A stretch of DNA of 41,955 nucleotides from Octopus bimaculoides (taxonomy: Eukaryota), in assembly GCF_001194135.2 (NCBI RefSeq), contig NC_069000.1, positions 34,571,709-34,613,663 of the forward strand, given 5' to 3'. This document shows, piece by piece, positions 22,372 through 34,238 of the stretch; within the stretch, counting starts at the first letter, position 1; the number at the start of each line of letters is the position of its first letter. The notes beneath the pieces were generated by a model, which was not told the DNA's origin, did not search any database, and saw only the letters and a program-made list of their open reading frames with translations. The translations under genes were made by a program, and so were the position numbers.

Positions 22372-22706
22372 GGCTAAGTAACTTGCTTACCAACCACTTG
22401 GTTCCGGGTTCAGTCCCACTGCGTGGCACTTTGGGCCGACCAAAGCCTTGAGAGTGGATTTGGGAGACGGAAACTGAAAGAAGCCATGTGTGTGTAAGTG
22501 TGTGTGTGTTTGTGCGTCTGTCCCTCCACCATCGCTTGACAACCAATGTTGGTGTGTTTACGTCCCCCGTAACATAGCAGTTCGGCAAAAGATACTGATA
22601 GAATAAGTACTAGGCTTACAATGAATAAGTCCTGGGGTCAATTTGTTAGACTAAAGGCGGTGCTCCAGCATGGCCGCAGTCAAATGACTGAAACAGATAA
22701 AAGAAT
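22372..22706 (+). mobile_element. SINE family A with internal deletion, joined head-to-head to previous copy
   Basis: GGCTAAGTAACTTGCTTACC...GGTTCAGTCCC...CAGCATGGCCGCAGTCAAATGACTGAAAC. Confidence 0.9.
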
Positions 22707-23588
22707 ATATAAACTGTACTTGACACCGGCTGAGCTAGTTTGTTTGTAAGGGCGACATTACAAATAATAGATAGTAAGAAAAAAAATGTAGTTAAATGTG
22801 GCGAAGATGACGGCGGCGATGGTGGCGACCAATGGCGAGAGAAAGAGAAATAGTGTTAGTTTATAGNNNNNNNNNNNNNNNNNNNNNNNNNNNNNNNNNN
22901 NNNNNNNNNNNNNNNNNNNNNNNNNNNNNNNNNNNNNNNNNNNNNNNNNNNNNNNNNNNNNNNNNNNNNNNNNNNNNNNNNNNNNNNNNNNNNNNNNNNN
23001 NNNNNNNNNNNNNNNNNNNNNNNNNNNNNNNNNNNNNNNNNNNNNNNNNNNNNNNNNNNNNNNNNNNNNNNNNNNNNNNNNNNNNNNNNNNNNNNNNNNN
23101 NNNNNNNNNNNNNNNNNNNNNNNNNNNNNNNNNNNNNNNNNNNNNNNNNNNNNNNNNNNNNNNNNNNNNNNNNNNNNNNNNNNNNNNNNNNNNNNNNNNN
23201 NNNNNNNNNNNNNNNNNNNNNNNNNNNNNNNNNNNNNNNNNNNNNNNNNNNNNNNNNNNNNNNNNNNNNNNNNNNNNNNNNNNNNNNNNNNNNNNNNNNN
23301 NNNNNNNNNNNNNNNNNNNNNNNNNNNNNNNNNNNNNNNNNNNNNNNNNNNNNNNNNNNNNNNNNNNNNNNNNNNNNNNNNNNNNNNNNNNNNNNNNNNN
23401 NNNNNNNNNNNNNNNNNNNNNNNNNNNGGAGGTATTAGTGGTGATGGTAACGGTGGTTCTTACCCTCCCATCGCCTCTCTCAAGTCACGTCAGCCATATT
23501 GAACAGAGGTCTTATGATCAACGAGATTCTAACCATGACCGTTTCGCATATTTTTCACGCATCATGTGTCTAATAAAGCAGTGGTTTA

Positions 23589-23808
23589 TCTTTTACTTGT
23601 TTCAGACATTAGACTGCGGTCAGACTGGGGCACCGCCTTGAAGAATATTAGTTGAACTTATCGACCCCGTACTTATTTTTTGTAAAGCCTGGTCCTTATT
23701 CTATCAGTCTCACTTTGCCGAACAAATAAGTTATGGGGACATAAAGACACCAACACCGGTTGTTAACTAGTGATGGGGACAAACACACACACACACACAC
23801 ACACACGA
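23589..23808 (-). mobile_element. SINE family A, 3' half
   Basis: TTTTACTTGTTTCAG...GGGGACAAACAC. Confidence 0.85.
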
Positions 23809-23864
23809 ACCGTCAATCCCTACACATTTTTTTCGCTTTCCGTTTTTTTTCTTCCCCCTCAATT

Positions 23865-24095
23865 CCTTCTGTCGAAGAGCATAGGCTCGAAACGTTAAAG
23901 ACTTTTCCATTCTTCCCGAGCGTTAAACTAATATATCTGCTTGTTGTTCCTTCACCTCTCTTCGTCTTTTGTTTTCTTTAAATTTCCCTTTCCGACGTAG
24001 AGTTATGCTCGAAACGTTAAACTCTCACCATACACCGAGCGTCAAGCTAACACATTTCTTATGTGCGTCCTTATGTCGTCCGTTTTTATTCGTTT
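23865..24095 (+). mobile_element. Two tandem family D hammerhead-like repeats
   Basis: CTGTCGA-A-GAGC-atag-GCTC-GAAACGTT (23869) and CCGACGT-A-GAGT-tat-GCTC-GAAACGTT (23992), each followed by CGAGCGT(T/C)AA(A/G)CTAA. Confidence 0.65.
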
Positions 24096-24127
24096 ATTTG
24101 CACTGTTTATTTATCTGAATTGACTAC

Positions 24128-24241
<114 letters not shown>

Positions 24242-25014
24242 NNNNNNNNNNNNNNNNNNNNNNNNNNNNNNNNNNNNNNNNNNNNNNNNNNNNNNNNNNN
24301 NNNNNNNNNNNNNNNNNNNNNNNNNNNNNNNNNNNNNNNNNNNNNNNNNNNNNNNNNNNNNNNNNNNNNNNNNNNNNNNNNNNNNNNNNNNNNNNNNNNN
24401 NNNNNNNNNNNNNNNNNNNNNNNNNNNNNNNNNNNNNNNNNNNNNNNNNNNNNNNNNNNNNNNNNNNNNNNNNNNNNNNNNNNNNNNNNNNNNNNNNNNN
24501 NNNNNNNNNNNNNNNNNNNNNNNNNNNNNNNNNNNNNNNNNNNNNNNNNNNNNNNNNNNNNNNNNNNNNNNNNNNNNNNNNNNNNNNNNNNNNNNNNNNN
24601 NNNNNNNNNNNNNNNNNNNNNNNNNNNNNNNNNNNNNNNNNNNNNNNNNNNNNNNNNNNNNNNNNNNNNNNNNNNNNNNNNNNNNNNNNNNNNNNNNNNN
24701 NNNNNNNNNNNNNNNNNNNNNNNNNNNNNNNNNNNNNNNNNNNNNNNNNNNNNNNNNNNNNNNNNNNNNNNNNNNNNNNNNNNNNNNNNNNNNNNNNNNN
24801 NNNNNNNNNNNNNNNNNNNNNNNNNNNNNNNNNNNNNNNNNNNNNNNNNNNNNNNNNNNNNNNNNNNNNNNNNNNNNNNNNNNNNNNNNNNNNNNNNNNN
24901 NNNNNNNNNNNNNNNNNNNNNNNNNNNNNNNNNNNNNNNNNNNNNNNNNNNNNNNNNNNNNNNNNNNNNNNNNNNNNNNNNNNNNNNNNNNNNNNNNNNN
25001 NNNNNNNNNNNNNN

Positions 25015-25208
25015 TGGCACAAGGCCAGCAATTTCGTGTGGGGTGGGGGGCGTAAGCCGATTACATCGATCCCAGTGGTCAACTGGTGCTTATTTTATCG
25101 ACCCCGAAAGGACGAAAAGCAGAGGGCAGAGTCGACTTCGGCGGTACTTGAACCCAGCTTGTAAAGCCAGAAGAAACGCCATTGAAGGTTTTGCTTGGCG
25201 TGCTAACA
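25015..25208 (-). mobile_element. SINE family B, tail type 1
   Basis: TGGCACAAGGCCAGCAATTTCG tail; ATCGACCCCGAAAGG core. Confidence 0.85.
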
Positions 25209-25431
25209 TTTCTTATTTCTTTATTGCCCACAAGAGGCTAAACATAGAGGAGACAGACAAAGGGATTAAGTCGATTACATCGAACCCAGTGCGTAACTGG
25301 TACTTAATTTATCGACCCCGAAAGGATGAAAGGCAAAGTCGACCTCGGCGGAATTTGAACTGAGACGTAACGGCAGACGAAATACCGCTAAGCATTTCGC
25401 CCACCGCGCTAACGTTTCTGCCAGTTCTGCT
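25209..25431 (-). mobile_element. SINE family B, tail type 2
   Basis: Reverse complement of 21006-21248. Confidence 0.9.
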
Positions 25432-25861
25432 TTATAAACCTGGCAAGGAATGATAATAACTCTAAAAAACTAAACTGCAGTAACAATAAAATAACAAATA
25501 AATAAATAAATACAAATACAATGTAAAAAAAAATGGAAAGAAGGAAAGGAAAAGAATGTGAAAAATAAAAAAATAAAAACTGAGGATATTAAAATAAGAG
25601 AGTTTATTAACCGGGAAACTAAAATAGTTCTTTGACTGTAGTTTTGATATTTCTGAAAATAGAATTTAGAGAAACGTGTGTGTGCGCGCGCGCGCACGCA
25701 CACACACACACACACACACACACAATGATGAGTGATGGAAATTACATGAAAGTTCAGGCAAACTGCTTTAAAGAGTGGAGAATTAAAGAAAAAAATTTGC
25801 TGGGTGAGAATGGTATCGAAAGAGAGAGAGATAAACAGGAATACAGGCGGTTAGAGGGTGG

Positions 25862-25896
25862 CTAGATAGATAGATAGATAGATAGATAGATATGCT

Positions 25897-25927
<31 letters not shown>

Positions 25928-26026
25928 ACAATAGATAGATAGATAGATTGGCTGAGATAGGTAGGTTGACCGACAGGCAGGCAGATAGATAGATAGATAA
26001 ATAGATTGATAGACAGACAGACAGAC
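25862..26026. repeat. (GATA)n/(GACA)n compound microsatellite
   Basis: Directly visible. Confidence 0.9.
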
Positions 26027-26027
26027 G

Positions 26028-26241
26028 AGCTTAGGACATTTAATCCCCCCCCCCCCTAGACAACAACTCCACCAAAGACAATTACCCTCGAGGACAACAG
26101 ATGATTTAAAACTTCTTAATATATTGGAGGTGGGGGGTAATTAACCAAGGTGGGTAATTGTCCTAGGGGGTAGTTGTCGTCGGGGGGAATTGTCCTATGG
26201 GGGGGGGGCAATTGTCCTAGGGGGTAATTGTCCTGATACGC
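26028..26241. mobile_element. Foldback/MITE-like element with inverted subterminal tandem repeats
   Basis: Left degenerate GACAATTACCC units, right GGGTAATTGTCCT units; embedded in (GATA)n. Confidence 0.55.
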
Positions 26242-26567
26242 AGATAGATAGATAGATACAAAGTTATGAAGACGTAGAAAAAAAGATAGAGATGCACATC
26301 CGCATACACACGCGCTCACACTCTCTCCCATTCGCACTTGCACACACGCATACAGACAGGCATCTAGAGACATACATACATACATACATACATATATACA
26401 TGCATCAGACAGACGGATAGATAGATAGATAGAAAGCTATGATGACATACAAAAGGAACAAAGGTACACACACATGGGCACACTCTCTTTCCCCACATAC
26501 ACGCACACGCACACAAACATTCTCTCATACACACACTCACACACTCTTACACATACTCACTCACATA

Positions 26568-26652
<85 letters not shown>

Positions 26653-27074
26653 NNNNNNNNNNNNNNNNNNNNNNNNNNNNNNNNNNNNNNNNNNNNNNNN
26701 NNNNNNNNNNNNNNNNNNNNNNNNNNNNNNNNNNNNNNNNNNNNNNNNNNNNNNNNNNNNNNNNNNNNNNNNNNNNNNNNNNNNNNNNNNNNNNNNNNNN
26801 NNNNNNNNNNNNNNNNNNNNNNNNNNNNNNNNNNNNNNNNNNNNNNNNNNNNNNNNNNNNNNNNNNNNNNNNNNNNNNNNNNNNNNNNNNNNNNNNNNNN
26901 NNNNNNNNNNNNNNNNNNNNNNNNNNNNNNNNNNNNNNNNNNNNNNNNNNNNNNNNNNNNNNNNNNNNNNNNNNNNNNNNNNNNNNNNNNNNNNNNNNNN
27001 NNNNNNNNNNNNNNNNNNNNNNNNNNNNNNNNNNNNNNNNNNNNNNNNNNNNNNNNNNNNNNNNNNNNNNNNNN

Positions 27075-27234
27075 ATACGACCCAGGACTTTCGTTTGCAT
27101 TTTCTTTTTTAAGTTTGGTACTTATTCTGCGGGTTTTCGTTTTTGTCGAACCACTAAGTTAGGGGGACCTAAACAAACCAACACCAAGTTGTCAAGTGGT
27201 TGGGAGTACAAAGACACACACAGGTGCACACACG

Positions 27235-27265
<31 letters not shown>
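27075..27265 (-). mobile_element. SINE family A, 3' part
   Basis: GACCCAGGACTT...GAACCACTAAGTTAGGGGG...GTTGTCAAG. Confidence 0.8.
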
Positions 27266-27266
<1 letters not shown>

Positions 27267-27426
27267 TGAAAGAAAGAGGGAGAAAGTGAGAGAGAAGTGA
27301 ATTAGAGTAAATGTTCTTGCGAGAGTGACAGATAAAGAGAAAGAAAATGAGACAATACCGAGAAATAGGGGGGGGGGAGAGAAACATACAAGGTGGAGTA
27401 GATATAGTTGTTTGTCCCCCCATTAA

Positions 27427-27748
27427 CTGGCACTCCGTCGGTTACGACGACGAGTTATTCTACTCGATACTATTAATTAAACAACCTGCTCGCGAAATAA
27501 ACGTTGAAGTGGCTGAGCATTCCACAGACATGCATAAATTACCTCTAACGTAGTTCTCAGGGAGATTCAGCGTGACATAGAATATGACAAGGCTGGTCCT
27601 TTGAAATACAGATACAACTCATTTTTGCCAGCTGAGTGGACTGGAGCAGCATGAAATGAAGTATCTTGCTCAAGGACACAACGCGTCGCCGGAAATCGAG
27701 CTGAAGACCTGACGATTATGAGCCGAATCCCCTAACCACTAAGCCAGC
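27427..27748 (-). mobile_element. SINE family C, near full-length
   Basis: Minus strand TGGCTTAGTGG (A box)...CTCGATTTCC (B-box-like), then GTGTCCTTGAGCAAG...CCACTCAGCTG. Confidence 0.9.
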
Positions 27749-29233
27749 ATTCTGTCTTTATTTGTTTTTCTCGATCAGGCTTGACCTAGATTTAAAATAT
27801 CAACAAACAACAGCAATAACAACAACAACAACTGTTGTACATCTTTTACATTGTTTCTATTGTGTGGCCTAAAGCTCAATTTGCTGTGTTTAGGATTTAA
27901 TCGTAGTTGTTTCGACGACCGTATGCTTCTTTAGCTGCTGAGAAATAGAATATAGAAACATTTAGCCAGGCAGTTTATTACACTAGCTGGTGTGACGGAC
28001 AGTTGATATATAAATTGATCAGAAAAAGAAGAAAAAACAAAGAAGAGAAAAAAGGAACGAACGTTCATCCAAGAAAGAGTTACAGAATTGTGTGAAAAAA
28101 ATAAATTCGGTGACATTAATAAGGGGATACAAGGGAGTATGCTATAAATTTTATTTTAAAGCTGACATTACAAAGATTACGGCTATTACTTTCCCGTTTA
28201 ACCGATTTCCAAACAATGTAATAAATAAGTCAATTTTATATTTATGTGAGGAGTATAACGAACACAATTGTTGACTATAACCGCTTACAATACAAAACTT
28301 TTTGATGTAGTCGGAACGTTTATTGTCAGTCGTTTGTTTGCTTGCCTTTTTTGATATATGATGACAAACTAACGAATTTTATATTCACGTTAATTGGAGA
28401 AATGTTTTGATTTTTTTTTTTTAAATGTGAATGATTGTGTTACGCATCTATTTGGTCTTTAGCCATTAGATAATTCAAAATATTTTAACAAATATTTTGA
28501 TTTATGACGGCAAAAGATATATCAATTCTGAATGTTTGTCGTTCAATGTATAACCTTTACAAAGCAGTATATTTATTCATTTTCTCTGATGCAAAGGTCA
28601 CAACCATCGTCACTTTATTTGGTAAGATTTGGCATGTAGTATACCCCTAACTATCCTTAACAGTGTTATTTATCAAAGACCATATGTTTTGATAAATTTG
28701 TATCCTAATTTTTTCCCGGATTTCTGAAAGAATGTGGATGCTGATTAAATTGGTTTTTAAATGTATTTACGGACAGCCTAATAAATTTTTGGATAGTGCA
28801 TTATCAACTATAAATATGTTTATATAATTTACTATCAGTTACAAAAACACATTAGTTATTTAATAGGCTATTTACAGGATTAAGACACTGACATGAAAAG
28901 TAAAAGTTAGACAGATTTATTTTTGCTATTCACGTATGTTATTTCTGTTGCAAAAGTATTTGTACAGCGAAGCTAAATTTGAGATTATTTGTAGAAAAAA
29001 AAATGTTACAATGTTTACATATTAGGTACACACTTCAAAAAGTGATTACTAATAGAGAAGCGGAGGAACCAGAAATGGTAAATGTCGCGTTAATGTGTCT
29101 TGCGTTTTGTTCTGAGTTCAGATCCCACCACAGCCAGTTTTGTCTTTCGTCGCTTTTTTTTTTTTTTAATCAGAGTCGATCAAATATATTATAAACATGG
29201 TTCTAAGGAACTGGGAGAAGTTTCAATTTAATC

Positions 29234-29427
29234 GGTTCTGCGTGACACAGAGTGTGACAAGGTTGGCCCTTTGAAATACAGGTACAACTCATTTTTGTCA
29301 GCTGAGTGGACTGCAGCAACGAGAGATAAAGTGCCTTGCTCAAGGACGTAAGACGTCACCGTGAATCGAACCCTGGACCTTACGATCGTGAGCCGAATAC
29401 TCTAACCACTAAGCCATGCGCCTTCAC
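29234..29427 (-). mobile_element. SINE family C, 5' half
   Basis: Minus strand GTGAAGGCGCATGGCTTAGTGG...GGTTCGATTCAC...CCTTGAGCAAGGCAC. Confidence 0.9.
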
Positions 29428-30181
29428 ATGACTTAAAACATAAGTGCAAAAAAAAAAAGANNNNNNNNNNNNNNNNNNNNNNNNNNNNNNNNNNNNNNNN
29501 NNNNNNNNNNNNNNNNNNNNNNNNNNNNNNNNNNNNNNNNNNNNNNNNNNNNNNNNNNNNNNNNNNNNNNNNNNNNNNNNNNNNNNNNNNNNNNNNNNNN
29601 NNNNNNNNNNNNNNNNNNNNNNNNNNNNNNNNNNNNNNNNNNNNNNNNNNNNNNNNNNNNNNNNNNNNNNNNNNNNNNNNNNNNNNNNNNNNNNNNNNNN
29701 NNNNNNNNNNNNNNNNNNNNNNNNNNNNNNNNNNNNNNNNNNNNNNNNNNNNNNNNNNNNNNNNNNNNNNNNNNNNNNNNNNNNNNNNNNNNNNNNNNNN
29801 NNNNNNNNNNNNNNNNNNNNNNNNNNNNNNNNNNNNNNNNNNNNNNNNNNNNNNNNNNNNNNNNNNNNNNNNNNNNNNNNNNNNNNNNNNNNNNNNNNNN
29901 NNNNNNNNNNNNNNNNNNNNNNNNNNNNNNNNNNNNNNNNNNNNNNNNNNNNNNNNNNNNNNNNNNNNNNNNNNNNNNNNNNNNNNNNNNNNNNNNNNNN
30001 NNNNNNNNNNNNNNNNNNNNNNNNNNNNNNNNNNNNNNNNNNNNNNNNNNNNNNNNNNNNNNNNNNNNNNNNNNNNNNNNNNNNNNNNNNNNNNNNNNNN
30101 NNNNNNNNNNNNNNNNNNNNNNNNNNNNNNNNNNNNNNNNNNNNNNNNNNNNNNNNNNNNNNNNNNNNNNNNNNNNNNNNN

Positions 30182-30362
30182 AAGTGGGTTACATCGATCC
30201 CAGTGTCCAAGTAGTACTTATTTTATCGATCTCAAAAGTATGAAAGGCAGAGTCGACTTCGGTAGAATTTGAACTGATGAAATGCCGCTAAGCATTTTAC
30301 ACTGACGAAATGCTGCTAAGCATTTTACCGATGTGTTAACGATTCTGACAACTCGCCATCCT
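30182..30362 (-). mobile_element. SINE family B with 28-bp internal tandem duplication
   Basis: Core TTACATCGATCCCAGTG...GTCGACTTCGG; duplication at 30273-30328. Confidence 0.85.
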
Positions 30363-30378
30363 AGGAAAAAGAAATATT

Positions 30379-30540
30379 CTTTTCTTTTCTACTCTAGGCA
30401 CAAGGCCCGAAATTTTGTGGGGAGGGGGCCAGTCGATTAGATCGACCCCAGTGTTTCACTGTTACTTAATTTATCGACCCCAAAAGGATGAAAGGCAAAG
30501 TCAACCTCAGCGGAATTTGAACTCAGAATGTAAAGACAGA
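30379..30540 (-). mobile_element. SINE family B, tail type 3
   Basis: TCTTTTCTACTCTAGGCACAAGGCCCGAAATTTTG tail plus family core. Confidence 0.85.
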
Positions 30541-30698
30541 CCGAAAAGGAAAAAGAAATATTAAATGTGTTTATTCTGCACAACTTATTGACTCTCATTT
30601 AAATTTTGAACTTAGTATAGACGGGATTATCTCTCCTCTGATAGCTGGCCCCTAAGGGTACACAATGCGTTGTAAACTTTCCTTTTTTTTTATTTAGT

Positions 30699-31117
30699 GG
30701 CGCAGGCGTGGCTGTGTGGTAAGAAGTTTGCTTCCCGGCTATATGATTCCGGATTCAGTCCCACTACATGGCACTTGGACAAGTGTCTTCTACTGTAGCC
30801 TGGGGTTGACCAAAGCCTTGTGAATAGATCTAGTTGACGGAAATTGAAAGAAGCTCGTCGTATATGTTTATATGTATGTGTGTGTGTGTGTGTGTGTATG
30901 AGTCTGTGTGTCTGTATCTGTTTATCACCTATCACCGCTTGACAACAGGTGTTAATATTTTTACGTCTCTGTAACTTAGCAGTTCAGCAAAAGGATCCGA
31001 TAGAATAAACACCAGGCTTTTAAAGAAAAATACTGGATCGATTGTCATTCGACTAAAATTCTTCAATGCAGTGCCCCAGCATGGCCGCAGTCAAATGACT
31101 AAAACCATTAAAAAAAA
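30699..31117 (+). mobile_element. SINE family A, full-length
   Basis: GGCGCAGGCGTGGCTGTGTGGTAAG head through CAGCATGGCCGCAGTCAAATGACT and A tail. Confidence 0.95.
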
Positions 31118-31606
31118 TTGCTTAACACTAATTTGCACAAAGTACCTTGTCCGCTGCTCTACCGATTCTGTAATCCCACCCCCACTTCCTCTGCTTTTAT
31201 GTAAAACATAACATGTGTAACTGACAGAAATCAATATCATTGTTTATGAAAGACAGTCAATCTGTGGCCATCCTGCCTTTGTTGTCAAACACGGTGCGTC
31301 AAAGAATTACATTATTGAACGTAGTTTCTGCTTTTTCAAGGATACTCTGGCTTAGATTAACGATTAAGCAAAAGAAGTACGGGCTTAGNNNNNNNNNNNN
31401 NNNNNNNNNNNNNNNNNNNNNNNNNNNNNNNNNNNNNNNNNNNNNNNNNNNNNNNNNNNNNNNNNNNNNNNNNNNNNNNNNNNNNNNNTTTTTCTGGGTT
31501 CACGTTTACCATGGTGCAAATGCTATAGCTGAACCAGGGCCCTAACAAAATGCGTTGCAAATTTGAATTATTTTTCTGCTGACATAATTATCCTAAATCT
31601 TTCATC

Positions 31607-31855
31607 GTTTACTTGCTTCGGTCAATGGAGTGCGGCCATGCTGGGGCACTGACTTGAAGGGTTTTAGTCAGACAGATTGGCCCTTGGCGATTTTTTCTTC
31701 CTCCGTCTTCCCTTCTTTGGACTTTCCTATGTTTCCGATGAAGAGCTCCGCTCGAAACGTCAAATTCTCTTTCTTTCCTTTCCCGAGCGTCCAGTAACAC
31801 AATCTGTATCACGTCCTCGCGTTGTTGTTTTTTTGTCGTATTTCTTTTTTGAACT

Positions 31856-31898
<43 letters not shown>

Positions 31899-32207
31899 TT
31901 GGTGGGGACTAAGTCTGGTACTTATTCTATCATTTCTTTTGCCGAACCGCTAAGTTACAGGGAACATAAACAAACCAACACTGGTTGTTAAATAGTGAGG
32001 AGTGTATCAAACAGAAACACAAAAATGCGCGCGCGCGCACCTACATATATTTATGCACGACGGGATTTACACACTTTCCGTCTATCAAATTCACTCACAA
32101 GGCTTTTGGTTGGCCCGGGTCTATAGTAGTAGATATTCACCCAAGAGACCTCGCAGTGAGACTGAACCCGAAACCATCTGGTTGTAAAGTGAACTTCTTA
32201 ACTACAT
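31607..32207 (-). mobile_element. SINE family A, full-length, interrupted by family D insert (about 31682-31860)
   Basis: SINE sequence resumes at about 31905 after the insert and a (TA)n tract. Confidence 0.85.
31731..31765 (+). ncRNA. Minimal hammerhead-like motif (family D)
   Basis: gttt CCGATGA A GAGC-tcc-GCTC GAA ACGT C aaat: stems I and II, palindromic ACGT stem III, GUC triplet; U4C deviation. Confidence 0.5.
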
Positions 32208-32427
32208 AGCTATTGAAAGACATAATATCTTGCGAAACTCCAGGATTTGTTCACGGAATCCTAGGATTCTTCGCACCCACTGTGAGAAACTCTGCTTTAG
32301 ACAATTGAATCGGTTGTGATGAAGGCGCCGTGTTAAGGACGTCTGTCGGCTTTAATATGGCCTTGAATGTGAGTGAGATTTAGCTATTATTTTTAGTATA
32401 TATATATGTGCATACGCGTGCGGGCAT

Positions 32428-32550
32428 GTGTGTTTATCCTCTACCATCTCTTGACAACCGGTGTTGATGTTTTTACGTCTCCGTAACTTAGCAGTTCAGT
32501 AAAAGGATCCGACAGAATAAGCACCAGGCCTTTAAGGAAAAAATACTGGG
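32428..32550 (+). mobile_element. SINE family A, 3' fragment
   Basis: CTTGACAACCGGTGTTG...GGATCCGACAGAATAAGCACC; shares the GGATCC variant with the 30699 copy. Confidence 0.8.
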
Positions 32551-32611
32551 GGGATTGGGGGTGTCGAGGTTTATGGATGTGGTTGTCTTCGTTGTGTTTA
32601 TGCTATTCCCA

Positions 32612-32980
32612 TGGAGACACACAGGTGCGATTTCCGCTAGGTTGGTAACGGAGGCTTCCGATCGGCTAAAATTAAATAATTTTAAATGTTTATAACTTTT
32701 TATTATTATTATTAATTTCTAAAAAAAAACTAAAAAAAAACAACATAATCATGATTTTCGTCATCAGTATGCAAAACTACACCAGTGTGGAAAATTTAAA
32801 AAGCAAAAAAGAAAGAAGAAAAAAAAAAGAAAGAAAAGTCTGACGAAAATTTGATACACTTCAAGTGGTTGGAAGAATTTTAAAAAGATCCGTTGACTCG
32901 AGATATCAGTGATTTCGTGATACTTAGAGACAAGAGCCGTTGGAATGAGTATTAAACGAAATGGGTCGGTAAACTCCTAG
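32612..32980. mobile_element. Putative non-autonomous DNA transposon remnant
   Basis: Composition and motifs resemble recalled DNA-transposon subterminal sequence; no TIR pair confirmed. Confidence 0.3.
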
Positions 32981-33229
32981 CCTATGGAATCCGCGGTTCG
33001 GTTTCGATTCCAGATACAATTCAGAAATTCTCGATTCAACTTCACTCAACGTTGCTAATGCCGTTGTGAAAGGCATAAGCATCACATCACGGTCAAATTT
33101 TCCATCTCTTTCCCCCTCTTCATCTTTGTAATAAGAAAATGAATTGCTTGTGTACTAATTAATTAGCTTGTTAATTGAGTTTTGTGTTGTTTTTTTCTTC
33201 TTTTAATTACGGTCGTCCTCACTCCACAT

Positions 33230-33381
33230 CAAGAATGGGCAACATTTTTCGAGAGGTGGGCTGCATGAGACATGACTCATTTCTAGGCAGGTCACAACTG
33301 CTAAAAAAAAAATATTCAAGGTAATTTTTCGTTTGGTGTGTCATTCAGAAAGTCCTGCGGGCCGCAGTTTGCCCATGACTG
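33230..33381. mobile_element. hAT-like MITE, short copy
   Basis: CAAGAATGGGCAAC vs reverse of TTTGCCCATGACTG (10/14); GCGGGCCGCA subterminal motif; TSD not preserved. Confidence 0.6.
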
Positions 33382-33544
33382 CGCTACTACTTTGTTGCTT
33401 AACCTGCTAGAAATAGCAGTCGCATTTTTAGAAAAAAAAGAAAAAAAGAAACGAAATGAAAAGAGGATAGAACACATTGAAGAAAATAAGATAGGATGAT
33501 TGCGGCTGGAGCGCTTTGGTCAACTGGGGCTAAACAACGATCCT

Positions 33545-33680
33545 TTTCATCATCGACACCACATCCCCCGCCTCCTTCACCACCACCGTCACTACTACTA
33601 CTGCATCGTCATCATCATCATCATCACCATCAATATCATCATCATCGTCATTACCATTGTCGTCGTCGTGGTCATTACCA

Positions 33681-33723
<43 letters not shown>

Positions 33724-33790
33724 GTCACCACTACCGCCACCACTACAATTAGTAGTAGTAGTAGTAGCAGTAGCAGCAGTAGCAGCACCA
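33545..33790. repeat. Compound trinucleotide microsatellites (CAT, CAC, TAC, TAG, CAG)
   Basis: Directly visible. Confidence 0.9.
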
Positions 33791-34238
33791 ACGACAACAG
33801 CTGTCACCGCGAGTCAAGGACGTTGGGAGTGGGAAAGCTTCTGACGCAGTCGCTTGATCTGCTAGTAATAACAGCTAAATCTCCCACACATCACACTTTG
33901 TCATCTTCCCAAACAAAACACACACACATACACAAAGAAAGAAAGGCGAGGTGTGCCACGGCTTGAACTCCTTTGATCATCATCGGACTGCTTCAAACAT
34001 TGGATTAAACAGTATAAAACAACATCGACAGTCACTGCATAATAATGATCCAGTGTAGTCGGTTCTCTCTCTCTCTCTCTTTCTCTTTCTTTGCCTCTGT
34101 CTGTCTGTCTGTCAGGTGGTCTGCCTGTTTGATTGCTTGTCTCTGTCTATGTTTCCATCCCCACTTCTTTCTCCTTCTCCTCCGTCGTGATATTCAACTT
34201 AAGACGAAGACACGAACCAACGACGAAACGTTTTATGT

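Noticed and set aside
30699-30780. SINE heads as tRNA genes
   Set aside because: A/B-box-like only; no cloverleaf, and they run into SINE bodies.
32750-32770. Minus-strand CTGATGACGAAA
   Set aside because: Core halves are adjacent with no stem II; chance match within another repeat.
33496-33966. Poly-His/Thr/Ser ORF
   Set aside because: Compound trinucleotide microsatellite; no splice or domain support.
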